Shown here: positions 40,782 to 50,560 of the stretch, one piece after another | How the letters are laid out: each line of letters begins with the position of its first letter | Position numbering within the stretch: position 1 is the stretch's first letter | DNA from: an uncultured Gemmatimonadales bacterium | GTDB lineage: Bacteria; Gemmatimonadota; Gemmatimonadetes; Gemmatimonadales; GWC2-71-9 | Assembly (NCBI GenBank): GCA_963828735.1 | Contig: CAWHFW010000006.1 | Coordinates: 72,403 to 136,402 of the forward strand | DNA length: 64,000 bases | Direction of reading: 5' to 3' | Program-made: the position numbers and the translations under genes | The notes under the pieces: generated by a model | The model's database searches: none | Seen by the model: the letters and a program-made list of their open reading frames with translations, nothing else | What the model was told of the DNA's origin: nothing

Positions 40782-41030
40782 CTACTTGATCAGGACCAAT
40801 CGCTTGACCAGCGTTCCGGGTGGGCTGCCGGTCGGGTTGCTACCGGTCACGAAACCAAGAAACCGACCGGTCACTGGCTCCTTGCAGCCGGCGTGCCCCG
40901 AGCACGCGCGCTTGTCGATGAACACCTTCGCCAAATTATTGAGCTGTATCGTATTGCAGCTCGGGCATCCACCGTATGACGATGGGTTGTACAGCCCACA
41001 AATTGACACGCTCGCGCTCGTTCAGCCAGT
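40782..41030 (-). pseudogene. Orphan C-terminal fragment of a TadG paralog
   Basis: AKVFIDKRAC...CK..VTGRFLG.V...LVKRLVLIK* mirrors the end of 39487..40731; in-frame stop just upstream. Confidence 0.8.
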
Positions 41031-41046
41031 CGGACCCGGTCAAGGG

Positions 41047-42393
41047 TCACTTCGCCGGCGAGGTGCTGTCTCCTTCCACGGGCTTCATCTTCATCGATCC
41101 GCTCCAGCGCCAGTTCGTCGGCTCGCCGGTCGGCAGCGGCGGCGGGGCATCGCTGGGCAGAATGAGCTTGGGCGTCACCAGGACCAGCAGCTCGGTGCGG
41201 TTCTGGCGCGCGTCCTTCGAACGGAAGAACTGGCCCAGGATCGGAATGTCACCGAGGATCGGGATCTTGGTCATGTTGTCGGAAAGCGTATTGTTCATCA
41301 GGCCCGCGATGGCCAGGTACTGGCCGTCCTTCATCTCCACCTCGGTCTCGGCCCGGCGGGTCAGCAAGCTCGGAATCGTGAAGCCGCCGAAGACGAGCGG
41401 GTTCGAGAAGTCGAGCGCCGAAACCTCGGGCGCGACCTTGAGCCGGATGCTGCCGTTCCGGGTGATGACCGGCGTGAACCTCAGCCGGATGCCGAACTCC
41501 TTGAAGACGATGGACACGGCGTTGTTGCCGCCGCCACCCTGCACTGACGGGTAGGGAAACTCACCGCCCGCGAGGAAGCTCGCCTCTTTGTTGGGTAGCG
41601 TGATGAGGTTCGGCTCGGCCAGGCTCCGCAGGTCGCCCTTCGACTGCAGGAACAGGATGAGCGCCTCGATGCTGGCGTTGGCGTTGAACAGGCCCACGTT
41701 CAGGAGGCCGTCGGCGAAGGCCCCGTTGATCGGGTTCGTGTTGCTCGACCCGGTCCAGTCCCCGTTGCTGTTCAGGTCCTGGGGATTGAGGGTCTGGATC
41801 TGGGAGCGGAACTGCTTGAGCGCTGTCTTGTTGACCTCGGCGAACCGCACGCGGAGCTGGACCTGGACCGCCTCGGGCGTGGTCAGGTTGTCCACGATGG
41901 TGGCGCCGGTGCCCTTGGCGATCTCGACGGCCTGGTTGGCCATGCTCGCGTCCCGCACCTGCCCGGAGAGGGTCACGACGTTGCCGCTCGCGGTCACGTC
42001 CACGTGCTCGCCTTCGAGCACCGACGTCAGGTAGCGCTGAAGCCCCGCGGCGTCCGCGGTGACCTCGATCGAGTAGAGCTTGATCGCGCCCTGGTTGTCC
42101 CACAGAAAGAGGCTGGTCGTGCCCAGCGTCTTGCCGTTGATCAGCACCTCGGTCGGAGAGACCACGACCGCCTCGGCGACCGCGGGGTCGCCGATCGAGA
42201 AGCGCTGGATGTTGGTGGTGTTGACGAGGAGCGCCGACGCTCCCTTCGACACCGACACCACCTGCTCGGGCGCACGCACCACGCGCTGTGCCTCGGCGGT
42301 GCTGGCCGCCATCAGGCCGCACAGGAGGACGCCGACCGCGACGAGCGAGCGAAACGAGACGAAGACGACCGGACCGCGACGATAGATGCTCAC
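41047..42393 (-). CDS. cpaC: Tad secretin CpaC/RcpA
   Basis: LAEPNL, FLAGGEFP, KEFGIRL, KIPILGDIPILGQFF, TELLVLVTP. Confidence 0.92.
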   Translation of the reverse strand: MSIYRRGPVVFVSFRSLVAVGVLLCGLMAASTAEAQRVVRAPEQVVSVSKGASALLVNTTNIQRFSIGDPAVAEAVVVSPTEVLINGKTLGTTSLFLWDNQGAIKLYSIEVTADAAGLQRYLTSVLEGEHVDVTASGNVVTLSGQVRDASMANQAVEIAKGTGATIVDNLTTPEAVQVQLRVRFAEVNKTALKQFRSQIQTLNPQDLNSNGDWTGSSNTNPINGAFADGLLNVGLFNANASIEALILFLQSKGDLRSLAEPNLITLPNKEASFLAGGEFPYPSVQGGGGNNAVSIVFKEFGIRLRFTPVITRNGSIRLKVAPEVSALDFSNPLVFGGFTIPSLLTRRAETEVEMKDGQYLAIAGLMNNTLSDNMTKIPILGDIPILGQFFRSKDARQNRTELLVLVTPKLILPSDAPPPLPTGEPTNWRWSGSMKMKPVEGDSTSPAK

Positions 42394-42414
42394 AGATCTC
42401 CCGGAGATGAGAGG

Positions 42415-43272
42415 TTACTTCTGGAAGGTCGTCAGGGTCCGCTCGCCGCCCCGGTACCCTTCGATTACGGTGTTGTTGATCCGAGGCAGCGCCGCCGGTG
42501 CCACCCGGTTGGGCGACGCGACGCGCGGCGTGCGCGCCGGAGCCGCGCCGGGCGCGAGCTGGTCCGCCTTCGCGCCGGCCGTCGCTACGGAGAGCGTGTC
42601 GAGCCCGTTCCTGAGCGCGAGCTGAATCCGGCCTTCCTTGCCGGCGAGAACCAGGAGCTCCGCGTCGTCCAGCGTCACCAGCAGCGTGATGACGGTGACG
42701 GTCTGCGGCTTCCCCTCCTTGTCCCGCTGCACCTGCTGTCCGGCGGCCAGCACCTGGACGTTCTGGAGGATGGTCCGGGTGAGGGACTGCGGGCGGTTCT
42801 CGCCCTTGTCCAGCGTGAGCAGGACGTCCACGTGCGTGCCGGGGAGCACGAAGCCCGCGACACCGATCACCTCGTCCACCCGGACGCTCATCGCGCGCAT
42901 GCCGTCCCTGATGATGATGGACAGGCCGCCACCCTGGTCGACCGTCGAGACTTTGGCGGCGAGGAGCGGCTCGTTCTCAGCGACGGGCGTAATGACGCCG
43001 CGGCCAATCGCGTCCTTGAGCGAGCCGATGTACCCGCTCGGCAGGGCGTCGCCCGGCCAGCCGACGACCTTCACGTCCTGGTCGGTGATGACCGCGCCGA
43101 TCGGCAGGCTTCGCGCGGCGAGGACGATCGAGACCTTCCGAGGCTCGGACGCCATGAGCGGGGTGGCCTGCTCCCGCAAGTACCGGAGCGCGAGGTATGC
43201 CGCCAGACCGCCGGACGTCAGGGCGAGCAGGAGCATGAGCCAGGGCCGCAGTTTTCGCATAGGTGTCAGCAC
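42415..43272 (-). CDS. cpaB: Flp pilus assembly protein CpaB/RcpC
   Basis: SAF domain, GMRAMSVRVD...GVAGF..PG..VDV, LQNVQVLA. Confidence 0.92.
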   Translation of the reverse strand: MLTPMRKLRPWLMLLLALTSGGLAAYLALRYLREQATPLMASEPRKVSIVLAARSLPIGAVITDQDVKVVGWPGDALPSGYIGSLKDAIGRGVITPVAENEPLLAAKVSTVDQGGGLSIIIRDGMRAMSVRVDEVIGVAGFVLPGTHVDVLLTLDKGENRPQSLTRTILQNVQVLAAGQQVQRDKEGKPQTVTVITLLVTLDDAELLVLAGKEGRIQLALRNGLDTLSVATAGAKADQLAPGAAPARTPRVASPNRVAPAALPRINNTVIEGYRGGERTLTTFQK

Positions 43273-43721
43273 TCGTTCCGCATGGTGGATTTCGAGGAAA
43301 GCGTGATCGTGCTGTTACCACCAACCCAGCTCATCAGGGCGCCGACCCAGCCCATTCGATACTGCGTCGCGATCCGCACGCTCATCTCGGCGCCGCTGGC
43401 GCCTGCCACCCCCCCGGGACACTTGAAGAACGCGGACGGGGTGATCGTTACCGTGGTCGGATTCGGGCTGGTCGTGTCAATATTCGCGAGCGCGAGCCGT
43501 GTGTTGATCAGGCCCGTCACCTGCGGCATCGTCCGGGAGTCAACAATGACGGTAAGCCGAGCGCCCTCTCGTGCGGCATCCGTAACCGCCTGCTTGATGT
43601 TCCACGCCCGGCCGAACTCGATGATCCCGGCGATCAGCAGGAAGAGCACCGGCAGGATCAGCGCGAACTCGGCGAGGGCCTGGCCTTTCCGCCCTCGGCA
43701 GTGGCGCATCGTGAGGCTCAT
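43266..43721 (-). CDS. tadE: TadE-like pseudopilin
   Basis: RKGQALAEFALILP, AAREGAR. Confidence 0.9.
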   Translation of the reverse strand: MSLTMRHCRGRKGQALAEFALILPVLFLLIAGIIEFGRAWNIKQAVTDAAREGARLTVIVDSRTMPQVTGLINTRLALANIDTTSPNPTTVTITPSAFFKCPGGVAGASGAEMSVRIATQYRMGWVGALMSWVGGNSTITLSSKSTMRNEC

Positions 43722-44242
43722 AGCTTTACTCCTTGTCCGAACCACCAGAGCAACGTCCCTGCCGCGATCGGTACCGCGTAGGGGATGGTCTGAGCCCCCG
43801 GGGCCTCGAGCGTTCGCACGCCCCCCTCGCGGGCTACCAGGCGCTTCGACCGGAACAGATCCATTGTGTTGAAGAAGAGCAGAGGAAGAAGGCCGCGGCG
43901 CGCCATGGCGACGATGGCCATCCCTGCGCCGAGCAGCACAATATACGCCAGAGCCCCGGGCAGGGGACCGATTCCGAGGAAGGCTCCGACGACACCCAGT
44001 AGCTTCGCGTCCCCCCCGCCCACCGCACCCAGGACATAGAAGAGCACCGCCACCCCCAACGCCACGGCGAATCCCGTAAGTCCATGCAGGACTGCATCAA
44101 AACCAAGCGGGGCCCGCAGCACGAAGGCCGCTGCGAGTCCCGCCACGGTCAGCTGATTCGGCACCCGGCGAGCGCGTATGTCCCACCACGCCGCCGCACA
44201 CAGCACACCCACCAGCACGACGTCCGCGAGTGCCTGGATCAT
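43718..44242 (-). CDS. cpaA: A24 prepilin peptidase CpaA/TadV
   Basis: WDIRARRVPN, GGGDAKL, IPYAVPI. Confidence 0.9.
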   Translation of the reverse strand: MIQALADVVLVGVLCAAAWWDIRARRVPNQLTVAGLAAAFVLRAPLGFDAVLHGLTGFAVALGVAVLFYVLGAVGGGDAKLLGVVGAFLGIGPLPGALAYIVLLGAGMAIVAMARRGLLPLLFFNTMDLFRSKRLVAREGGVRTLEAPGAQTIPYAVPIAAGTLLWWFGQGVKL

Positions 44243-44291
44243 CCCTTAGCCCCGAAGCGTCGCGCCAGCGAAGTGGTAAGCCGGTCCGGGC

Positions 44292-44468
44292 TTAGGTGTC
44301 GGCCGTCGCCAGCTCGTTGTTCGCCTTGCCGAAGATATTCTTGATGTGGCCACCCATGCCCTTGATGATGACCACCACGCCCACCACGATGAGCCCGAGC
44401 AGCAGGGCGTACTCCGCGAGCCCCTGCCCCGACTCGTCGTTCCAGAAGTTCCGCGCGAGCTTCTTCAT
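44292..44468 (-). CDS. flp: Flp major pilin (58 aa, absent from ORF track)
   Basis: MKKLARNFWNDESG/QGLAEYALLLGLIVVGVVVII...; GGAGG RBS. Confidence 0.93.
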   Translation of the reverse strand: MKKLARNFWNDESGQGLAEYALLLGLIVVGVVVIIKGMGGHIKNIFGKANNELATADT

Positions 44469-44622
44469 ACGGTGCTTCCTCCACGTACATGTTGGTGGTG
44501 CGTGAAAAGGAAAGCGGACGGCGGTGCCGCTCTCCCGACGGTGGCGGACAGTGGATGAGTCCGCCGAAAGGCCTCAGGAACCAAAGTCCTTCGAGATCGT
44601 TAAGGTATTGCCCGCCGCTTCG

Positions 44623-44639
44623 GGCAAGACGCATGCCCA
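44623..44639 (-). promoter_or_regulatory. sigma54 -24/-12 promoter of flp/tad operon
   Basis: TGGGCATGCGTCTTGCC (GG-N10-GC with TTGC). Confidence 0.65.
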
Positions 44640-44851
44640 CTTCGCAAACCGCCCGGAATACACCTGAGCTTCCGGCCGGGCACGCAAACACTGCCGTGTC
44701 GCTCAGCCAATCAGCGGGGGACAAGTCGTTCCGAACTGAGTACTTAGAGCACACTAACCGATGCGAGTTGACCGCACGAATGTCTAGCTCTGCCGAGAGC
44801 ATAAGCAGGGTCGGGCCGGGGCGTTTGTTGCGGAGGCGGCGCACAGACTGC

Positions 44852-44867
44852 GTTGCACTACTGCAAC
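44852..44867. promoter_or_regulatory. Inverted repeat, candidate enhancer-binding-protein site
   Basis: GTTGCA-CTAC-TGCAAC about 215 bp upstream of the sigma54 motif. Confidence 0.35.
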
Positions 44868-45080
44868 CGAAATCTTTCACCTGCCCGACCGGACGCCTGG
44901 GTTCTACTCTTGCCTAGTATGGGTGATGTGCAGAACGGTATCGGTCGGTTCAGGTTCGTGCAAGGGACGAAATTAGCCCCGAACAACTGCCGAAATGTCC
45001 AAGGAACCCGGAGGCTGCACCGTTGACTTCGTCCTTCGCGCGCGCCGGCCCTGCCCGCCGTCATCTTCGTCCTCCTGTTC

Positions 45081-46787
45081 GTGCTCGTCCCGCTGGGACT
45101 TCAGCAGCCGCTCCTGAACGCGGACGGAGATCCTGCGCGACATCTCACGCACGGTCTGTACATGCTCGCGCACGGGTCACTCATCGGCCACGACCCCTTC
45201 TCGTTCACTCGGCCCGGCGCCCCGTTCCTCGGGTTCGAGTACGGCAGTCAGGTCCTCTACGCCCTCGCCTTCCGGGTCGGACGGCTGCCGGCGGTAGCGA
45301 TCTTCGCCGGCGGCCTGGTTGCCCTGGCTTATGCGCTCCTCGCCAGGCTCATGGTCCGGCGGGGGGTGGATCCGCTACTGGCCTATATCACGACCGCTAT
45401 CGCCGCGGCGCTTGGGGCCGGGCACTGGGTCGCGCGCCCCCACCTGGTTTCCAACGTGGCCGTCGTCCTCCTGCTGGGGATCCTGGAACGGGATCGGCCC
45501 GTGCCGGTCTGGCTCCTTGCGCCATTTTTTGCACTTTGGGCCAACCTTCACGGCGGATTCGTCTTCGGCTGGATCCTGATCGGTGTGTACCTGGCAGGGA
45601 CGGTGGGCGAATGGCTCATCGGCCGGGAGCGCCAGGCCATGGCGGGCCGGGCCCGGTACCTAGTGGTCGCTCTCATCGTCGCCGTCACGGCGACCCTGCT
45701 CAACCCACACGGGCCCGTGCTGCTGCAGCACGTACTCGGGTTCTTCGGCAAGCGATTCATTCACGACAATACCGCCGAGTTCATGTCGCCGGACTTCCAC
45801 GACATCGACGGCCGAATGTTCCTCTGCGGTATCGCGCTGGTCGTGCTGACGCTCGCCGTCGTGCCCAGACGGCCGTCGTTTCCACGCCTGTTCGCGATCC
45901 TCGTGACGCTGGCGTTCGGGCTCATGGCGGTCCGCAACGTATCCCTCTTCGGTTTGGTCGCGCTCCCGCTCCTCGCGATGCACGTGGATCCGGAATGGCG
46001 CGCCTTGCCCGATCCGCGATCCCTGCGTGCGAACTTTCGAGCCATGGCACTTCAAGGACGGACCTGGCCGTTCGTCCTACCGGTGGTCGTAGTCATGGCG
46101 GTGCTTGCGGTCGCCCACGGGCGGGTCGGCGGGCGGCAATTGATGGCCGAGGATTTCGACCCCGCGACGTTTCCCGTCGCCGCCGTGCGGAAGGCCCGCG
46201 CCGAAGGTCTCCAGGGCCGCATGTTCCACGAGTTCGCCTGGGGCGGCTACCTGGTGTTCGCCTGGCCCGAGCAGCGGATCTTCATCGACGGGGGGACGGA
46301 CTTCTTCGGGGAGGATCTCTTCAAGGAGTACAGCCAGGTCAAGCAGCGCCAGCCCGGCTGGCGGGACGTCTTGAAGCGCTGGGACATCTCCCTTGCCTTG
46401 CTGCAGCGGAAGTCGGCCCTCGCGCATGAGCTGGTCCGCGACCCGCGGTGGGCGCCGTGGTACTGCGACTCGCTCGCGGTCCTGCTTCGCCGCGGCCCCG
46501 AGGCCGCGCCGTTCGCGCCCGAGCAGGCCGACTCCGCCGACCACGCGCTCGACGCGTGCGCCCGAACCTCAACGGCGAGTGGCGATGCCGATCAGGGAAA
46601 TGCCCCATGGCAGCCGAACCCGCCTGAGGGCGCGAGCCTCCACGGCAAGCACCCCGGTGAGGACGCGGTTCACCGGGAGCGGAACGTCGCGTATGTCCGA
46701 CCGGATGCTCGCGCGTCCGAACTGCTTGAGCAACCTGGCCACGACGGCAATCGGGAACAGGATGGTGTTCCAGTAGGACAGCCATGA
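45081..46787 (+). CDS. Polytopic membrane protein, GT-C-like; true start probably near 44995 with a frameshift
   Basis: DGD..RHL..G..DPFSF loop, WANLHGGF, many TM segments, C-terminal WGGYL..FIDG.TD domain. Confidence 0.7.
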   Translation: MLVPLGLQQPLLNADGDPARHLTHGLYMLAHGSLIGHDPFSFTRPGAPFLGFEYGSQVLYALAFRVGRLPAVAIFAGGLVALAYALLARLMVRRGVDPLLAYITTAIAAALGAGHWVARPHLVSNVAVVLLLGILERDRPVPVWLLAPFFALWANLHGGFVFGWILIGVYLAGTVGEWLIGRERQAMAGRARYLVVALIVAVTATLLNPHGPVLLQHVLGFFGKRFIHDNTAEFMSPDFHDIDGRMFLCGIALVVLTLAVVPRRPSFPRLFAILVTLAFGLMAVRNVSLFGLVALPLLAMHVDPEWRALPDPRSLRANFRAMALQGRTWPFVLPVVVVMAVLAVAHGRVGGRQLMAEDFDPATFPVAAVRKARAEGLQGRMFHEFAWGGYLVFAWPEQRIFIDGGTDFFGEDLFKEYSQVKQRQPGWRDVLKRWDISLALLQRKSALAHELVRDPRWAPWYCDSLAVLLRRGPEAAPFAPEQADSADHALDACARTSTASGDADQGNAPWQPNPPEGASLHGKHPGEDAVHRERNVAYVRPDARASELLEQPGHDGNREQDGVPVGQP

Positions 46788-47297
46788 GACGGTGAGGCCC
46801 GCGCCGTCGAGGAGCCCCCGGATCGTTCGACGCGTGTAGCGACGCTGATGCCGGAGCGCGACATCGTGCGGAGCGAACAACCAGGGATGCGCGGGCACGC
46901 TGAAGACGAGGCGCCCACCCACGCGCAGGACGCGGCGGATCTCACTCGCCGCCATCACGTCGTCGCTGATGTGCTCCAGCACGTCCGACGCGAGCACCAG
47001 ATCGAACTCCCCATCGCCGAACGGAAGCGCCGTTCCCACCGCACGGCAGAACAGCGCGCCGCCGCGCGGCCGGGCCAGCGCGAGCGCCCCCGCATCCGGC
47101 TCGATGCCGACGACGCTGCCGATCGCCCCAGCCATCGCCACGTTCCCGCCGGTGCCGCAGCCGAAATCCAGGATTCGGGGCCGCCGGCCCTCGCAGTCGT
47201 GGCGGCCCAACAGATCCGCGAGCATGAGCCGCCGCCCGCGGAACCACCAGTGATGGAGCTCCTGGGTATGCATGATCCGGTACTCTTCAGCGCGCAT
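46569..47297 (-). CDS. Class I SAM-dependent methyltransferase
   Basis: HHWWFRGRR, ILDFGCGTG, DVLEH, VPA...HD....H.RRY. Confidence 0.88.
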   Translation of the reverse strand: MRAEEYRIMHTQELHHWWFRGRRLMLADLLGRHDCEGRRPRILDFGCGTGGNVAMAGAIGSVVGIEPDAGALALARPRGGALFCRAVGTALPFGDGEFDLVLASDVLEHISDDVMAASEIRRVLRVGGRLVFSVPAHPWLFAPHDVALRHQRRYTRRTIRGLLDGAGLTVSWLSYWNTILFPIAVVARLLKQFGRASIRSDIRDVPLPVNRVLTGVLAVEARALRRVRLPWGISLIGIATRR

Positions 47298-48976
47298 GGC
47301 TCTCCGGGAATTCGATCGTCAACACCTGGGCTTCGGACGCATGCCGCTTTCCGATGACACGCCCACCCAGCCGCTCCACCGCCTCACGTAGCGCCTGGCC
47401 GTCGTCCTCCGGAGGGTGGTGGAAGTCCGCGAGCACCATCCACACCCGCGGCGCGCCGACCGCCCGCATCCGCTCGGCCTCCGCGTCCGCCCAGCCCGAG
47501 TCGGGGTAGGCAGGGACGTACGACTGCCACATGCGTCCCTGGGAACCCGAGTGCGCACCAAGCAGCTCGGTCCTCCCCGCGTACGAGCGGCTCAACTCCG
47601 CCGCCTGCTCGGGACGCCGCGGTCCCAGCGACGGCCCGTTCACAAAAGCCAGCCCATCGGGCCCGCCAACCCGGGCGGCCCAGCCGAGCCGCGCGGTGTC
47701 GGGCGCGGACCAGTCCGTCGTGTAGAAGATCCAGGCCGGCGTAGCGCGGTGATACACGTAGACGGGATCGCTACCGGCATCCCGGGTCAGCCGCTCGATG
47801 AGGGGGCGCACCTCCTCCTTCGAGAAGCCGGTCTCCTCCGGCGGGTCGATGGCAAGATCCAGCGTGAGAATGAGTGACGGCAGCAGAAACGCCGCGAGCA
47901 ACCAGCGGGCGCGCAGCACCACGAGCCTTCGCTCCAGCCACTCGCACGCCGAGACGAGCCCGACCGCGACGAGCATGATGACCTGGGGAGCCGAGAACAG
48001 CAGCAGGCGCGTCGCCAGGGGATAGCGTCCGGCCAGGGAGCCGGCGAAGGCCGCGCCGAGCGGGAACAGCAGCACGGCAGGAACCGCCCACCCCGAGCGG
48101 CGAGCCAGCACGAGGGCGCCGAGCGCCGTCAGCCCCACGTAGAGCGGGCTCAGGTCGAGCAGCCCTCGCCAGCAGTTGAGCGAGCACACCGACTCCTGGA
48201 GCCCCAGTCCAAACCGCGGCCACCAGCCCGCGGTGCCGGGCACGAGAAGCGTGGCAGCCCAGTAGCGGTGCATGTACTCGCCGCCCGCGCTCTGCCGATA
48301 CCAGAGAAGAAAGGTGACGAGCGCGGCCCGAGCCACAGCGTACCGGTGCCGAGGGCCCTCGCGGGCGAGGCGCGCCGGCGGACACTGTCAGCCAGGAGCG
48401 CGGCGGCGATGCCCGTTCCCACGAAGACGGCGGGGATGGACGCGAGGATCGCGGCGATCCCGGCCAGCAGCGAGCCGACGCCATCCCGTCGCGTCATCCG
48501 GCCGTCCGCAGGACCCCCAGGGCCAGTGCCGTGAGGCCGGTACTGAGCAGGGCGTCGAGCGCGTACGGCTTGACCTCGGCCGCGTAGCGGATCAGCGGAA
48601 ACGCCGTCGCTGCGAGGGCGATCGCCACCAGCGCCTCGGTCCGGCCGAGCAGGCGCCTGGCGAGGAGCGCGATCGCGAGCAGCAACAACACCCCGCTCGC
48701 GAACGGCAGCAGGCGCAGCGCGTACTCGTTCATGCCGCCCGCCAGTACGGCCAAGCGTTCGGCCCAGAGGAACGGGACCGGCGCGACCTGGGCGTAGTCG
48801 AGCGGCATGGTCAGCTCGCCCAGCGAGCGGGCGCCGACATTGAGCGCGATCATCGCCTCGTCGCCCCACAGCGACGCTCGGTGGAAGTAGCCGACCGTGC
48901 GGACGAGCACCCCGATCGCGAGCACGGCGACGATCATCACGTTCGCGGGCGATCCCCACCACCGGCGCCGGCTCAC
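47287..48976 (-). CDS. GT-C (GT39/ArnT-like) glycosyltransferase paralog A, frameshifted
   Basis: SLWGDE, LDYAQ.AP, EVKPY, YTTDW domain; spread over three frames. Confidence 0.7.
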
Positions 48977-50560
48977 CGCGCCTCCGCCGGTGCGGCACCG
49001 CCGTCACGGAGCAGCCGAATCCCACCGACGTCGTCCACCGGCGTGTACGCCGAGGCCGCTGGGCGAACCGCTCGTCCTGCCCGTAGTAGGCGAGGAAATC
49101 GAACCCGCCCGGGTACCGGGTTCGCCGCTCGTTCAACGACGGCGACTCGATCACGAGGAGATCGGGCCGCTGGGACACGAGGTCGTGCACGACCCGGTCG
49201 AACGCCTCCCGCTCTCCGGGGCTCATCTCCGCCGGCGTACGAAAGCCCACGCGCTGGCTCTCTCCGGCATAGCTCCGGTAGTAGACCAGCGGCACCCACA
49301 GGGTCGAGTAGCCGGGATGCGACGCCAACCCCGTGTCGAGGATCAGCGGAAACCCGTCCCGGATCTGCGAGGACAGCACCATGATCGAGCGCACGCCTCG
49401 CTGTCGCTCGACCGCGTCGCGCAGCGCCACCTGCTGTGCCGGCCGCGGAGCCAGCGGCCCGCGAACCTTGCCCGCGGCCACCCAGACGTACCACGATGGC
49501 GAACGCGACGACGAGCGCGGAAAAGATCCCGGCCGCCACGCGACGCCCCAGGCGCGTCGGTAGGTCGCCCGTCAATGTCGGCCATGCGCTCGCGCTCGTC
49601 GCCGCGGCCAGCAGAAAGGCGAGGGCGTTCACCGGATAGAAGTGGTAGCTCCAGCCCTTGTGCTGCAGCACGACGGCGGCGAGGAAGCCGGCTCCCGCGG
49701 CCGCCGCGAGCGCGCCGATCGCGTCGGTCCGTCGCGCCGGCGTGAGCAACCACCATCCCGCCACCGCTACGTACCAGCCGATGGCCGGGGAATCGTCGAT
49801 CAGGATGTACCGCAGCGAGTGGGCGCCGAACTCGAGGTAGTCGTGCGCGCTGCCCGCCGCGACGGCGAAGTAACGCGGCGTCAGGGCAGCGACCGCCACC
49901 GCGTACGCGATCCACACGCCGACGACCGCGATGTCTTCGGGCCGCATCAGCCGAGTGCGGCGCTGCGCCCACGCAGTCCGCGCGAGAAGAATGGCGCCCA
50001 CACGAGGACGTAGTGCGGCTTGATCGCGAGACCGATGCCGGCCGCGAGGCCAGTCGCCGCGGCGACAGACCGGTGGAGATGGACCTGCTCGGCTCGGAGG
50101 GCAGCGACCGCCACGAACGGAATGGCCAGGATGAGCGCCAGGTGCTCGCGTTGGCCGAAGATGCCGCCGACGAGCGGAAACACAGCAACGGTGAGAGCGA
50201 GCCCCGCGATCCCCCGCGCTCTCGCGGTTACCCGCGGTTGCCGCGCGAGCAAAGCGCGATCGAGGCGGCTATCGATCGCGACCCCTGCCAGCGCCACGGC
50301 ACGCGAAACACGGCCGCCGGGGCCCAGCCCGTCGCACGGCTCAATGCCGCCAGCGGGAAGGTTGAGCCAGACTATCAGCGGAGGGTTGATCTCGAGGATA
50401 TCGCCGTACAGTCGCTCGCCGCCGAGCAGCCGGACCGCACAGTGAAGGAGCCAAGCGGCGTCGGAGTTGAGCGGCGTGCGCCACTCGCCCGCGAGCGAGA
50501 CCGCGATCATCGCCGCACAGACCGTGTACCGGCCACACGCCCGGGCCACTCGCCGTTCAC
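48973..50560 (-). CDS. GT-C-like polytopic membrane protein, multiple frameshifts
   Basis: NSDAAW...LY.DI.EINPP, GQREH, IKPH, Q.KGW.YH; GTGA coupling at both ends. Confidence 0.6.

Noticed and set aside
46569..46787. 219-nt convergent overlap of the GT-C-like gene and methyltransferase
   Set aside because: Likely run-on or indel artefact; the extension has no recognisable features
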